A DNA stretch of 64,000 nt from Cyanophora paradoxa CCMP329 (GCA_004431415.1 QPMI01000005.1:248001-312000); one strand, 5' to 3'; positions 18,911 to 32,538 are shown, counted from the stretch's first letter. Numbers and translations are program-made. The notes: a model not told the origin generated them from the letters alone.

Positions 18911-20560
18911 AGTCTGTCTTACCTTACCGGAGACTCCGGACTCGGGGAGTCCGGAGTGTTATATGGCCCAACTTATGGGGCGATCTACTATATTAGACGG
19001 ACTACTAAATATTTCCCGGCAAATTCCCGCCTGCTAGAGCCAAGATTTCCTAGTGGTACAGTGGGTACCCGGGTACTCCCGTTTCCGCCACACAAAAGCC
19101 CCGCGAAGATAGACTGACGCGCGACGCGTATACGGTCACTGAAATTTTACCAGATGCTAAATTAAGTGGCGCAGGCGATCGAATTCGAAGTACTAATTAT
19201 TCTCCTGTACTAATTTTAAATTAACTAACTTAGTAATTCCACGGTGCGAATCCACGTGCGCCACAGTGCACGTGGTAAGACGCCAACTCGACTTGGCGAC
19301 GTTCGAATTCCGCGAAGCCTCGAAGTTCAACGGTTATATAATTACCGTAGTACAATTTCAATGATTGACCGTCGGACCGTTGGAAGTTGCACCAACTTGC
19401 ACGAGACTGCCAGTGGCAGTCTGCCACGAGTCTTAGTTGAGTCATAAGTTGACCCCCAAGTTGCCCCAACTAACTTAATAAGCCCCAACTTGCCCCCAAG
19501 TTGCCCCCATCTAAGCTGCCAAGCACAGTGCGCGGGCAGTAGGGAGTGATTAGGCGAGCAAAGCTTATAAGAACACTGGTGAAAGGAATTCGGCCCCCGT
19601 TAGCCTCGTTAGCGCCGCGGCGCGGGCGGTTTCGTTCAGATTTCGTTGTTTTTCTGGAGGTAAGACGACAGAAGATCCTTTTTAGGTCGATCCACGTCGA
19701 GCTTCAGATCGAAAAAGCCCACAGGGGGGCACGCTCCCAGCAGGGTTTTGTATGGGACTGAGAGAACCTCAGTCGGCCAATTTGGTGACTCAGTCGGGTC
19801 AGTCAGACCCTCTGACTTTGACTGACAGTGACTGAACCCAGCCCTAGCACGCACGTCCTGGACGCGCAGGTTAGCGATTCCTTTATAATTAGTAAAATAC
19901 CCCCCCGGGCCCCTCATACAAGCCCAAAAGTTATAAAACGCATTAATTCGTAAAATACCGGTACCCCCCCTCAGCCAAGCCCCCTCATACCCCCCCGGCC
20001 CCCGGTAGTAGCCAGTAGCCAGTAGCCCGCGGCCGGGCCACAAGCCTGGCACTAGTACTACGGCACTAGCTATAGGCCTATAGCTAGGGCCAGCCCGGCC
20101 AGATTTAGATTTAGAGGCAACCCCCTCCCTGCCTGGCCGGACCTATCCGAGCAAAATGTTTTTTAGAGGCCAGGTAGGCACGTGCACCGTACGCGTGGCA
20201 CTGCCCTAAGACGGTTATTAGAAGTCTTATAAGAAGTCTTATAGAAGGTCGTAAGGGTTTACGATTGCATTTCAATTCTGGCAGTGCTGGCACTGGCTGG
20301 CCAGCTCATTTCAATTGCAAAGTCAAGGTACGAAAAGCGAGCTCTTCATGATCAGAAGCGTACTTTTTATTTCTTTTCCAGCCGCCCGCCCCCCCCCCCC
20401 CTCCCTCCCCTGCCCCTCTTCCCGGGTCTATATATAGCTACTCGGACCTGAGCAATGAAGGAGGAAGTAGTGGCGAGCAGCTCCAGAGACCCACAGGGGG
20501 AGGGGGAGAGGGGAGAAGGGGGGGGGAGGGGGGGGGGGGGGGGGGGCGGGGCCGGGGCCA

Positions 20561-22342
20561 GGGCCGCGCCGGCGGCTCCGCCTGCGGCCTCGACTGCACG
20601 GCGGGGGGCGGGGCCGGCGCGGGGGCCGCCGGCGCCGGCCGCTCGCTCCCGACGGAGCCGTAGGACCGCTGCGGGGCGGCCACCCCAGCCGACGACGTCC
20701 TGCGAGAAACGTGAGCCAAAGCAGGCAAGAAGACTAGTCGCCAGGAAGCGTGACTCACGGGGCGGTCTCCGCTGCGCCGCTGCCCGAGGCGTGCCCGCTG
20801 GCGCGCGCCTTGCTTCGCGAGCTCGTACCCGTGCCCGCGCCCGTGCCCGTCCCCGCTCCGGTACCCGTGCCCGTGGCGGTGCCGGGCGGGGGCCCCTCGG
20901 AGCGCATCATGCCGCCGGCCTCCCGCGCGAACTGGTCGACGAACTACGTACGAGAACGTAAGTAAGCAAGAGGAGGGGGGTACAGGCTACAGGCCCGCTT
21001 CGCTTCGTTCGCACCTGGGAGATGGTGAGGGGCCGGAGGGGCTTGTTCGCCCGCGCCGCCCGCAGCTGCTCGTCCAGGATCGCCGACACGTAGTACTGCG
21101 CGGGAGAGAGGCGGGTGGGTGAGTACGCGAAAGGAAAGAAATCAGAGACTACTTAGCGCCGAAGGAAGAGAGGAGGCAAGGCTAGGCGCGGGGAGCAGGG
21201 CGGGCGCACGTAGCGCGGGGGCGGGGGCGGGATGGCTTACTTAGAAACTAGTAGATAGCGCGGCGAAGCACGTAGAGCCTACTAGTGGTACGCCGGCACG
21301 TATTACTGCGGGGGAGGGCGATGGCTGAGTACGCGAAAGGAAAGAAATCAGAGACGACTTAGCGCCGAAGAGGGGAGGCAAGGCCGCGGGCGAGGCGGGG
21401 AGCAGGGCGGGCGCACGTAGCGCGGGGGCGGACGCGCGTGGCTTACTTAGAACTAGAACTAGTAGATAGCGGGGCGAAGCACGGAGAAACTACAAATGAA
21501 TAGCAGATATCTTAGAAACTCTTGGAAACTACTCTTAGCGCGTAGCGGGGCGGGGGGCGGGGGCCGGGGGGCGGGGCGGGCGCACGTAGCGCGGGGGCGG
21601 GGCGGGGATGGCTGGAATCAGGCTAGCTGCTTAGATTGGACTAGATTGGATTATAGAGGGGTTTAGAAACTAGTGCATAGCACGTGGCGGGGCGAAAGGC
21701 GGGCAGGGGCCGGGCGCACGTGGCGCGGGGGCGGGGCGGGGATGGCGGGGATCGAGGTCACGAGCTCCCGCTCCTCGCGGGGCCTCCGCACGGGCACCTC
21801 CCGCCTCTTGAACACGTCCTCCGCCTCCACCTCAGAAGAAGACGTGTTAGAGGATAGCAGAGGGGCTGAGAGGGGTCGGAAGCGGGACCCCACCTTCTTG
21901 GGCAGCACGTGCTCCTTCTTGAACGGGTCCTGCGGGGCGGACAAGGGCGTCGGCAAGAGGCTCCTTGGGAGGGGGGGAAGGAGAGATGGGGGGTACCGGC
22001 GCCGGGTCCTCGTAGTCGTTGTAGTGCTCGTGCCGCCCCAGCACCTGGGCTCGCTGCCTCAGGGCCGGGGGGGGGGATGAGCGGGGGGTACGGGGTTCGC
22101 GCACCTTGGCGAGGTAGCGCTTCCGGCTCTGCTCCGGCGGCGACGCCTCATACCTGCGGGCGGCGCCGCCGCTCGGCCGGGGGCACGGGGGGTACATGCT
22201 GAAGGAAGCGGGGGGGGGGGTACACACCGCGGGCGGGTCTGCCAGAAATTCGCATCCTCGTCCTCGCAGAGTTTCGGAGGGGGCGGCTTCAGCTCGTCGC
22301 CCCACTTCTGCCCGCTCTCGATCGCCTCCCGCTTGCGCTCCT
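20561..22342 (-). pseudogene. Inverted partial duplicate of the 3' half of the gene at 27587-30438
   Basis: Reverse-complement near-identity to 28817-30300 including introns (ERKREAIESGQKWGDELKPPPPKLCEDEDANFWQ; DPFKKEHVLPKK); lacks the 5' exons; carries an extra internal tandem duplication at about 21090-21480. Confidence 0.85.
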
Positions 22343-23257
22343 GACCGGGGCGGGGACCGCCGGGCCGGGCGGAGGGCACGTTTCTGTGCGGCCGTTTCGC
22401 GACAGCTGAGGCGAGGAATCATTAGGGCGCTGCCCGCACGGTTCGGCGTCGGCGCCGGCGCGCCGGCTCGGTGTCGGTGCTCGAGCACGGCGTGAGCGCT
22501 GAGGCGGATCGCCTGCGACAGGCTTGGCTAGAGAGCAATGCATGCGCAGGAGAATTCGGCGCGCGAGCGCGTAGCTGCCAGGCGCTCTCCATTGAATCCA
22601 GCAACTGTCCGAAGCCTGGTATAAGACCTCTATTATATGACGCGGGAAGCTGCGCCGCACCTGGGCCGAGATCGACAAGTTCTCCCGAGGTCAACATGCA
22701 CGGCTTCGCATGCGGGGCGGGGCGGGGCGGGGAGGAGGACGAGGCGCCGCTTGCCGCGAGCGTGTCGCGGCGGCGGCGCATCTCCCGCGAGGCGACTCGC
22801 ATAGGAGCTCGAGGCGCCGGGAGCTCGGCGGGACCGATCCAGCTCGGCAAGCATCCGCCTCAGCTATAGGTGCAAATCGATGCGATCTGCAGCGAAGCCG
22901 CACCGATCGGCTGATTCGCAGACGCGCGGTGCGGGCGGTGTCGGATGCGTTTGCATAGAGCAAATGCAGTAGCTGCAGTTGATGCTGACGAGAACGCCAG
23001 AGCCACACGCTAGGTGGCGGAAGATGGCGCCATCCCGGCACTGCCGCATGGCCCAGATGATGGCCGGCGTTGGCCGGCGATGGCTGGCATTGGCTGGTTG
23101 CCACTCCACTACGTACCCTTTTGCACCACGTAGCAGAATCGAGTTGGACGGGCCTATTACATGATTGCCGGGGCCCCGTGCCCAAATCCGCTTTGGGCAC
23201 GTCGGGGCTAGGGCGCGTCGTGCCCAAAGGCCTGGGCACGGCGGGTAGAGCAGCGTC

Positions 23258-26125
23258 GTGCCCAAGTCGTGCCCCGCGATGGCGGGAGAGCAGCCTGGCA
23301 GCGCGGCAGGCGGGGGCGTGCAGGCTCCAACTATGTGGTCGTTCTGTGTGTACTTGCATAGCGAAGTTGGCAATCCAGCGGAGTGCTTGCCGACGATGGG
23401 CAACATGGTCCCAGCACCGCTCATACCGTCGGCGGAGCCCATATTCAGGAAGCTGGTAGACAGGAAGCTTCTTCGTCCGGAGATACAGCAGATAGATCAG
23501 CTGCGCTTCTGGCAGTGCTGGCGGGGAGCTACTGTGCGACTCTATCATGACGTGCGAGTCGTACTGCCGCGTGCAAGCAACGCCGATCGACTGATCTGGA
23601 CTCGGGCATGCGCAGGAGTTCGCCGTGGTGGTCGAGGGAGGGCCCGTTACCCTCATCGTCGCGCCGGCCAAAGTAGTGCAGCCCGACCTGGCGCACTACG
23701 GCCTGGTGCGCTAGCTAACGTGAACGATATCCCGCGCCTGATGTCTCCTGCAGGGCCTCCCACCGGCCGGCCTGCAGCTCCCGCAGCGCTAGCAGCGGTA
23801 GCGCCTCGCGCCCCCACGGCCGCATCCAGCGCGGGCAGCGCCGCCGGGAGCGGTGATGAGGATGACGGGCTGGAGCAGTATGAGCGCTTCCTCAGTCTGG
23901 ACACGGATGGCATCTTCGGCGGGATCAGCGCTGACCAAGCGAAAGACCAGGTACATGATCCGGGCACGATCCGGGCACGTACGGGGCACGTCTGAGCACG
24001 GGCCGTGCACGCAGATCTTTGGAAAGGGCGCGCGAGCGAACATCAAGAACCTGAACCGATTCCTTGCCGCCCCGTTTCGTCTGCACTACGGGGAAGCTGA
24101 CGGCCTGAGCAAGGTGAGAGGACAGAACACGCTGGTCATTGCAGACATGGAAGACGCGTGAGTGGCTGCGTTCTTTTGGAAGCAGCACAAGAGCAGCGCA
24201 AACCTTGCCTCGCAGGTTGGCCGTCCTCCTGGACAGGACGGTGGAGACCTCAAGCATCCCAGCGAAGATCAAAGAGAAGTGCACGGAACGGATGAAACAG
24301 CGGCTCCAGACCCTCAACCCGTACGAGAAGACCCGAGCACTGCTGGAGGTCAACAGGATCTACAGGACATGGACGATGATCATGTCAGTCGACAACATCC
24401 CGTTCCTTCCGAAGTGCGCCCTTGCCGCTCTCTTTCTCTTTCTCTTTCTCCCTCTTTCTCCCGCCATGGACGCTAAGCCTCGCCGCAGGCCTGACGTGGA
24501 GCCGCCATGGGAAACGAACCTGGCGACAGTGAAGGAGAAGGCGGCCAGGTCGGGCATAACACACCAGAGCCGGGTTCACGCTGCGAAGCGAAGAGACGAC
24601 GAGAACTCCGATGGAGGAGGCGGCGCTGCAACCGAGCATCCGAAGAAGGCGACCAAGAAGGCGCCAGCGGAGAAGAAGGCCGCTACGGAGAAGACGAACC
24701 GGGCGCGGAAGCACGAGGAGGCGGAGGACGAGAACGCGGCGGAGGCCGCCGTGACCGGAGCACGTTTGGGCACGGCGCGGGCACATTTGGGCACGACGCG
24801 GGCACGTCCACAGTCGTCGGGCACGGCTGGGGCACGTAATGGGGCACCACGTGCTGAGAAATCGGTGAGCTTTCATGAGGACGTGCTCGAGACGCCCCAC
24901 GCCCGCTGTCACATTCCAGACACTCATGCAAACCCGGCGCAGGCTACGGGTGGGCAGAACGCAGAGGACTCAGTGAAGAAGAAGAAGAAGAAGAAGAGGA
25001 CGCCGGCGCCGAAGGACACTGAGGAAGAGCTGGAGACAGAGATTGAACCGCAACTGTCGAAGAAGCCCAGGGCAGCGAGCGTGAAGGAGCACACGTCGGC
25101 GTCGTCGTCGTCGAAGGTGGCTGCCCGCGCCGTCCAACGTGTGCATCTCTCCCCACCTGACGTTCACTGAAGGCAGCATCTGGCCCGGAGAAGAAGGCGG
25201 CGAAGGGAAAGGACCCGGAGCACTCAGGCAAGGCTCAGGAGCAATCTTCGCACAGGGGGCCCAAGCATGCGCCCTCGCGCGACGACGAAGCCAGCACTCA
25301 GGCTCCCCCGTGCGTTCCCGTGCTTGGGCACGGTCTGGGTACTATATGGGCATGTCGCGTCCTTGGTCGTGCTGCACTCTCGTGCCCAAACGTGCCCCAA
25401 TCGTGCCCCAACGTGCCCCATGGTTCTCCCGACGAAATCTGATTCCGGAGCGTCGCTGTTGCAGGCGAGAGAAGGGGAGGCACTACGACTTCAACACGAT
25501 GGACCCTACAGGGTGCTTTCTTCGGTCCGCCGTGCCTTCTTTCTGCCCGACTGACATGTCAGACGCAGAAAAACGTGGCGGGATCGGTTCCCCCTGTAGA
25601 GATCGTCCCAGCCTTGCGGGCAAGCCGGAGCCCAGAGGGCGACATTCTGTACATGATCGACGTGTACACCGGCCGGTACGGGGCCCCGTCGACCTGGTCG
25701 ACGATTCCCGCGGCACCACGCAGTCTCTCTTCATCTGCTGGACGGTCAGCTTGGATGGGTATGAGGACGACTGGGCATATGCCCCTGTCGTTCAGGGGGC
25801 AGAGATCACGACGCTCGAGTGCGAGTTCGATGCCGAGCACGCGGATTCCAAGGTGCTCAACTCCAAGAAAACACCTCCGGCGGTGAGAGCACTGCTCCTC
25901 TTATCTCTCCTTTCATTTCTTAGCGAATCCCAGTTCAAGTACTTCCTGTGCATACGGGAGACGGTCAAGTCCAAGAGCACATACAAGCAGGGCCACATCT
26001 TCCCCAAGTGCAACAAGCACGGCGATCCGCCGTCGGGCTGCCTAGGGGTGTACGGGATCAAGCAGCTCATTCAGGACACCGCAAAGCTAGCTGCGGCCCA
26101 AAAAAAGGCGGCGGCGGCAAAGTAG
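23258..26125 (+). CDS. Hypothetical spliced gene(s) inside the TIR element
   Basis: Coding-like segments (23258-23995, 24170-24420, 24466-25130 Lys/Glu-rich, 25600-26125) separated by motif-rich intron-like stretches; no family recognised. Confidence 0.4.
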
Positions 26126-26776
26126 ATCCAGTGTCTATCTCCTAGTAGCAGTCCTAGTAGCTCTACTAGCATTGATAGTGTTGCTCTATTAGGGTTTTTG
26201 CAGCGTATCTTCCTTAGAATTGGGTCGTGCACTGGTCGTGCCCGGCTCGTGCCCAAACATGCCCAAATGTGCCCCGTCATGCCCAAACCGACTTGATCCT
26301 GAATTTAGCAGTGATTGACGTCGCGGAGCACGATTGCGCATTGAACTGCACATTTGCCATGTGAACTTAACAGTATTGATATTTTACAACGTTTTGATGA
26401 AGAAAGGCGATGCGAAGAACTTCAGCATGACATGTTCCGCGTCGCTCAGAAGTCTGACCATCGGACTCGCATCATGATGTGAAGCCAAGGGTCATGAACT
26501 CATGATGAGGCCTCGAAGACCTGAAGCAGTTCCGACCCGTCCGAGAGGCCGCACAAGTTGAATTTGAGAATGCTGAAGCCTTGTTTAACTCGTATTCATG
26601 AAGCTTCATGGTTCGCTCCCTCTTTACCGGTTTCTGCTACTTGCTCGTGCCCACGTCATGCCCAATCGTGCCCAAGTACGTGCCCAGACGAAGTTCGGAC
26701 ATGCTCAAGGAGGGCACGACTCGGAAACTCTTTCACAACGAAAGGCTATTCCAAAATCGATCGTAAACTGGCTGCA

Positions 26777-27262
26777 CTACTTGGCATTAGAGGGGCCCGC
26801 CTCAGCCTCAGGCTCGGCGGGGCCAGCCGCGGCCTCTGCCGCGGCAGCGGCCTCCTTCTCGGCGCTCTTCTGTACTTTCTTCCAAGGTTTCTGGATGCAA
26901 GAGCGGTTCTTGCACGCGTCCCTCCCCGACTTCTTGTGGCACTTTGACGAGCAGATGATGTCTTCGTACTTGCAAATGCACTTCTTGTTCGTGCAGCCAG
27001 TCGTGCAGTTGCAGATCTTGCTCGGCCTGTCGATTTCGATGGCGCACCAGTCAAAGAACGCTTTTCTGCCAGGCAAGACATGGCAGTCAGAGCGCTGAGA
27101 AAGAATGCTGGAGGAGATCAGCTGCTCGATGTGGCAGGTACACTTGCGGCCGCACCACGCGCGACCCGCGAGCACAGCTGTCTGTAGCGCGAAGCTGCAG
27201 AAGACGCAGAACTGCAGAATCTGGCCGGCCGCCTGAATCTCCTCCGGCGACAGGCCCAACAT
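26777..27262 (-). CDS. Small CXC-like cysteine cluster protein inside the TIR element
   Basis: CNCTTGCTNKKCICKYEDIICSSKCH followed by a Lys/Ala-rich tail. Confidence 0.55.
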   Translation of the reverse strand: MLGLSPEEIQAAGQILQFCVFCSFALQTAVLAGRAWCGRKCTCHIEQLISSSILSQRSDCHVLPGRKAFFDWCAIEIDRPSKICNCTTGCTNKKCICKYEDIICSSKCHKKSGRDACKNRSCIQKPWKKVQKSAEKEAAAAAEAAAGPAEPEAEAGPSNAK

Positions 27263-27586
27263 CGCTGCAGCTGTCTGGGCTCTAACACCTGTCGTGCCCA
27301 ACACAAAGCTTACGTGCCCAAGCCTTTGGGCACGACGCGCCCTAGCCCCGACGTGCCCAAAGCGGATTTGGGCACGGGGCCCCGGCAATCATGTAATAGG
27401 CCCGTCCAACTCGATTCTGCTACGTGGTGCAAAAGGGTACGTAGTGGAGTGGCAACACCTGTAGCTGGCAATGGCTGCGCAACGGGGGGTACGCAAATCA
27501 ATTCTATTCTCGCGGAAGTCTAGCTAGCGAGGCAGCAGCGCAGAAGCACAGCGGACGGGCGACACGGTCGGCTCAAAAGCCGCAAA

Positions 27587-29079
27587 ATGCCGTCGCAGGA
27601 GCTCCCGGAGAGCCCGACACGCGTGCGGCCCATCACGGAGCCGCACATGATCTGCGACAAGGCCTGGAACTACAAGCTGCGAAATGTGAAGAACAGGGAT
27701 GCCCCAGGTGCCGCCGGCTCGGTGGATCGCGCCGGACTGCGCAGCTCCGGCCTCACGCCCGCGCCGCGCAGCGGAGTGGCTGCAAGAGCCTGCCTTCAAG
27801 AGCCGCTCAGAGCTGCTGGAGGCGAGGAAAGACGAGCGGCTGGCCGCCGGGGCATCATGGCAGAACACGCAGTCGACCTACGTGCGCTATAGATCCTCGC
27901 CGCCCGCCCAGCTAGCCGCCGAGAGTCGCGCCCCGAACGCTCGCCGCGGTCGCAGAGGTCGAAGGAGTGGGGCGTCGGGACGCGCGCCAACGCGGGCATC
28001 TCCGGCGCGCACGACTGGACGGGCGAGGTCCCGGACGGGGATGAGGCGCCGGCCGAGAACCAGCGGACGCGGACAAACCTCATGCGGGCCAGGCGGGCCG
28101 AGGAGCTCGCGCGCGGCAAGCAGATGCTCGAGATCGAGGCGAAGCGCGCGGCCGCCCGGACGCGGGAGCCCCCCGCCTCCTGGCTCCGCCTGCAGAACAA
28201 CAGCCCGCAGTGCGCCGCCGCCGCCGCCCGCGCCCGCCGCGCGAGCGCGAAGCCGAAGGGCGCCGCGCAGGTACGCGACGCAGTCGGAGATCGTCGACGA
28301 GAAGCGGCGGGACTTTAGAGTGGCAGCCGGGCTCACCGCCGAGCCGGTCGGGACGGTCCGCCGCCGCCGCCGCCGCCGCCGCCGACTGTTCCTCTGCCTG
28401 CGCGCCTATGCCGACTCTGATCGCCGCGGCCCGCACGCAGAACCCAGCGAGGCCAAACGAGGCGCTCTCGCTCCAGAGGGCCGACGACCCGCTCCACGCG
28501 ACCCGGAGCCGTGCGCGGGGCCCGCCCCGCCCCGCCGCGCGTGGCTGACGGGACGCCTGCTTGCGCAGAGCTCCTGCTGGAACGGAAGCACGGCTTTATC
28601 CGCGACGGCGAGCGCATCCTCAAGGAGATGGACGAGACGCACGTACCCCCCGAGGACCGCGTCCGGGTCCGCACCGTACCCCCCGCCCACGCGTGCGCGC
28701 CCTTTTCTCTCTCGCGGCCGACGGGGCCGGGCCTCTTTCGGCGCAGGCGAGGGAGGACTTCTTCATTCGGTACCGGGCGGCGGGCGGGGGCGGCCGCTCG
28801 CGCTCCGCCATGCTGGAGGAGCGCAAGCGGGAGGCGATCGAGAGCGGGCAGAAGTGGGGCGACGAGCTGAAGCCGCCCCCTCCGAAACTCTGCGAGGACG
28901 AGGACGCCAACTTCTGGCAGACGCGCTCGCGGTGTGTACCCCCCCTGCTTCCCTCAGCACGTACCCCCCGTGCCCCCGGCCGAGCGGCGCCGCCGCCCGC
29001 AGGTACGAGGCGTCGCCCCATGAGCAGAGCCGGAAGCGCTACCTCGCCAAGGTGCGCGAATCCCGTACACGCCGCTCAT

Positions 29080-29115
<36 letters not shown>

Positions 29116-30438
29116 CCGCCGAGGCGGCGAGCCCAGGTGCTCGGGAGGCACGAGCACTACAACGACTACGAGGACCCGGCGCCGGTACCCCCCGCCCTCT
29201 CTCCCCCACCCCACCCCCCCAGGAGCCTCTTGCCAACGCCGACGTTCGCCGCCGCGCAGGACCCGTTCAAGAAGGAGCACGTTCTGCCCAAGAAGGTGGG
29301 GTCCCGCTTCCGACCCCTCTCAGCCCCTCTGCTATCCTCTAACGTCTTCTTCTCAGGTGGAGGGGGAGGACGTGTTCAAGAAGCGGGAGGTGCCCGTGCG
29401 GAGGCCCCACGAGGAGCGGGAGCTCGTGACCTCGATCCCCGCCATCCCCGCCCCGCCCCCGCGCTACGTGCGCCCGCCCCGCCCCCCGCCCCCCGCCCCC
29501 CGCCCCGCTACGCGCTAAGAGTAGTTTCCAAGAGTTTCTAAGATATCTACTATTCATTTGTAGTTTCTCCGTGCTTCGCCCCGCTATCTACTAGTTCTAG
29601 TTCTAAGTAAGCCACGCGCGTCCGCCCCCGCGCTACGTGCGCCCGGCCTGCTCCCCGCCTAGCCTTGCCTCCCCTCTTCCTTCGGCGCGAAGTCGTCTCT
29701 GATTTCTTTCCTTTCGCTCACCCACCCGCCTCCCTTCCGCGCAGTACTACGTGTCGGCGATCCTGGACGAGCAGCTGCGGGCGGCGCGGGCGAACAAGCC
29801 CCTCCGGCCCCTCACCATCTCCCAGGTGCGAACGAAGCGGAGCGGGCCTGTACCCCCGTCGTTGTCGTCGTGGTCGGCCCGCTTTGCTTCGTCTTGCTTA
29901 CCTTCTCGCACGTAGTTCGTCGACCAGTTCGCGCGGGAGGCCGGCGGCATGATGCGCTCCGAGAGGCCCCCGCCCGGCACCGTCACGGGCACGGGTACCG
30001 GAGCGGGCACGGGCGCGGGGACGGGGACGGGTACGGGCTCGCGAGGCAAGGCGCGCGCCAGCGGACACGCCTCGGGCAGCGGCGCAGCGGAGGAGACCGC
30101 CCCGTGAGTCACGCTTTCTGGCAGTCTTGCTTAAGCTTGCCTCGGCTTATGTTTCTCGCAGAACGTCGTCGGCTGGGGCCGCCGCCCCGCAGCGGTCCTA
30201 CGGGTCCGTCGGGAGCGAGCGGCCGGCGCCCGCGGCCCCCGCGCCGCCCCCGCCCCCCGCCGTGCAGTCGAGGCCGCAGGCGGAGCCGCCGGCGCGGCCC
30301 GACGCGCCGCCCCTGCCCCCGCCGCCGGCGGCTCGGTCGCTGGCGCAGGCCGACGCGGTACGGAGCGGCGGCTCGGCGGTCCGCTCGGGCGTGCGGACGG
30401 GCGGCTTCCAGCTCGCCGGCGAGGTCCTCGCATCGTAG
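27587..30438 (+). CDS. Host hypothetical protein, multi-exon
   Basis: Begins MPSQELPESPTRVRPITEPHMICDKAWNYKLRN; coding-biased exons bounded by GT..AG introns; ends GGFQLAGEVLAS*. Confidence 0.6.
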
Positions 30439-30456
30439 GTACTGCTAGCTAGCTAG

Positions 30457-32072
30457 CTAGACGGAAGAAAGGAAAGATCGCGGCCCCGGGCGAGCTGTTA
30501 TTATATGATGTCGCATTAATTTCACGCATGCACAGTGCCCGTAATTGAGGTGGATCCCAGAGGGAACCCGACCTCGCCTCGTAGCTATAGTAGCTGGGGA
30601 GGAAGGGAACGGCAGGCGACGTGTTCTGAAGTCGAGATGGCTCTGGTTTCGCGCAAACACATGTCCGCGGTGTGGGATGGGTTCGGGGGCCGGGGGGGCC
30701 TGGGATGGTTAGAGGGCGCCCTGGGGGTACCGCCGCCGGAGCTCGTCGAAGAAGATCTTGTACCCCTTCGGGTTGGCGGGGTCCTGGGGTACCATGGTGG
30801 GGTCGTTCTCGAGCCAGCGCTTCTCCACCGCGCCCCACTTCTCGTACCTGCAGGGGGTACGCAGTCACTTCCATTCTCTGTAAAAACATAATAGAGGGGG
30901 TACGGGCGCGCCTGGCGTCGGTGACCTCGGTGGTCTGGAGCCGGAGCGAGGAGATGGGCGCCTCAGTCTCGACCAGGTACACGTCTGCGGGGGTACGCCG
31001 CTCAGGCGCGGGAAAGGGGGGAACAGGCGGCGGGGGTAGGGGGGGTAGGGGGGTGGGGGGGGGCGGGGGGTGCGCGCCGCTCCACTCGTTGTCTGGCGAA
31101 GGGGAGGGGGGTATGGAATGAGGGGCGAAGAGTCAAGGGAGGGTACACGAGGCGAAGCGGGAGAGGCCCACCGAGATAGGAGCCTGCGGGTTGGGGTACA
31201 GAGATGAGCGGGGCGCGTGCAGAGGTGGGGGGTACGCGTGCGTACCGCCGTGGTGGACCCGGGGGTTGGGGAAGCGGAAGAGGTGCAGAAAGGCCGACGC
31301 GGGCCGCGCTATACCCATCTCCTCCTCCAGCTCCCGCACCGCTGCCGCCTTCTCAGCGGTACCCAGCGGCGGGCGGGAGCTGCCGGCGGCTGTACCCGTG
31401 CCGAGGCTGTCCTCGCCGGCGGAGACGTGCCCAGCGCTGCGGGGCGCGTGAGGCGGGGCGCGGGCGTTGGGCGCGCAGCGGGCGCACGAGCTGATGTCCC
31501 ACATGTCTGACGCAGAGAGGGACGAGGTGCGAAAGTCAGGCGAGCCTCCGCTGCATGGCGGCGGGCGCCGGCGGGGACCTGGGTAGGACTGCTTAGTCGG
31601 GTGCCTCCGCTGCAGCAGCAGCTCGCCGTCCTGCGCCGCGGCGCTCGGCCGCGCGCCGCGCGCGGCTGCGATGACCATGGCCTGGGATGGGCCGGCGGCA
31701 CCTTGTTGATGACCCACGTGTGCACGGAGCTGCGCGGACGAGAAGCGCCGTCAGAGAAGCGCTCGGTGGTCTCTGGCGCAGTCAGCGCGCGCACGTGTGC
31801 CAGCTGCCGTCGCGGTGGCACTCCTTCCGCTTCTTCCTCACCTGCGGGCCGTCGCGCGGCGCCCGGCACAGCGCACGCCAGCAGACCGCCCGCACCTGCT
31901 CTGCCGTCGCCGGGTCGACCATCGGCGAGCCGTCCTCGTTCAGCACGTCGAACATCTCCTGCTCCTCGGCCCGCTGCGAGCGCCGCGCGTCGGCCCATCG
32001 ACCCGTCAACCGGGAGCGCCACGCGCGTCGCCGCACCTTGCTGTGGGCCAGCGCTTCGTCGTGGGACGCCAT
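30457..32072 (-). CDS. Nudix hydrolase (IDI-like/NUDT family), multi-exon; 3' end approximate
   Basis: Exons EMFDVLNEDG, CHRDGSWH, SVHTWVIN, GELLLQRRHPTKQSYP, MWDISS, AGHVSAGEDS..AAVRELEEEMGI (Nudix box). Confidence 0.85.
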
Positions 32073-32538
32073 CGGCAGCGCTCGCCCTGTTCGTCTCCTG
32101 GCTGCAGGCGCCGGGCTCTTTGACCGGCTCTCCGGTTCGGTTGAGTGCTGGTACGGTAGTTCTGTTCAATTCAACGCACGCTGCTGGGCGCGGCCGCGCC
32201 TGCGCGCGACTCCGTTCGGTGTGACTGTACCCTGGGATTTCGTTCGCATCAAGGCAGCAAGTCGATCGGAATTCGCAGTACTAGTGCTAGTGTACCCTGC
32301 GGCCCGATCGGAATTCGAAGCTTGCGGCGACATTGTACATGTCTTAAGCTTGCAATTCAATTCGCCAGCCGGCCCGAGCCGGGCCGGGGCCCGGGGGCCG
32401 GCCCCGGCCGGGCGCCGGCCGCGGGGGCCGCGCCGGGGCCCGGCCGCCCGGGCCGCCCGGCGCGCGAGCCTCCGAGCCAGAGTCGACGTCCGAGCCTCCG
32501 ACTCAGAGGCTCCGAGGAGATCTCAGTCTCAGAGTCTA

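Larger units (their letters stand above)
23097..27456. mobile_element. 4.36-kb element with ~145-bp terminal inverted repeats, no recognisable transposase
   Basis: 23097-23240 is the reverse complement of 27313-27456 (GTTGCCACTCCACTACGTACCCTTTTGCACC...); clusters of CGTGCCC/GGGCAC motifs throughout. Confidence 0.85.

Noticed and set aside
19741-20210. Further hAT-like ends (CAGGG/TAGGG...CCCTA)
   Set aside because: No matching TSD or consistent TIR pair could be established by eye.
23107-27446. CACTA (EnSpm) assignment for the TIR element
   Set aside because: CACTAC lies 10 bp inside the inverted repeat rather than at its end; no 3-bp TSD or transposase seen.
29081-29112. Long poly-C/poly-G runs as functional G-quadruplex or poly-Pro tracts
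   Set aside because: Ubiquitous in introns here, lengths unreliable in homopolymers, nothing locus-specific.
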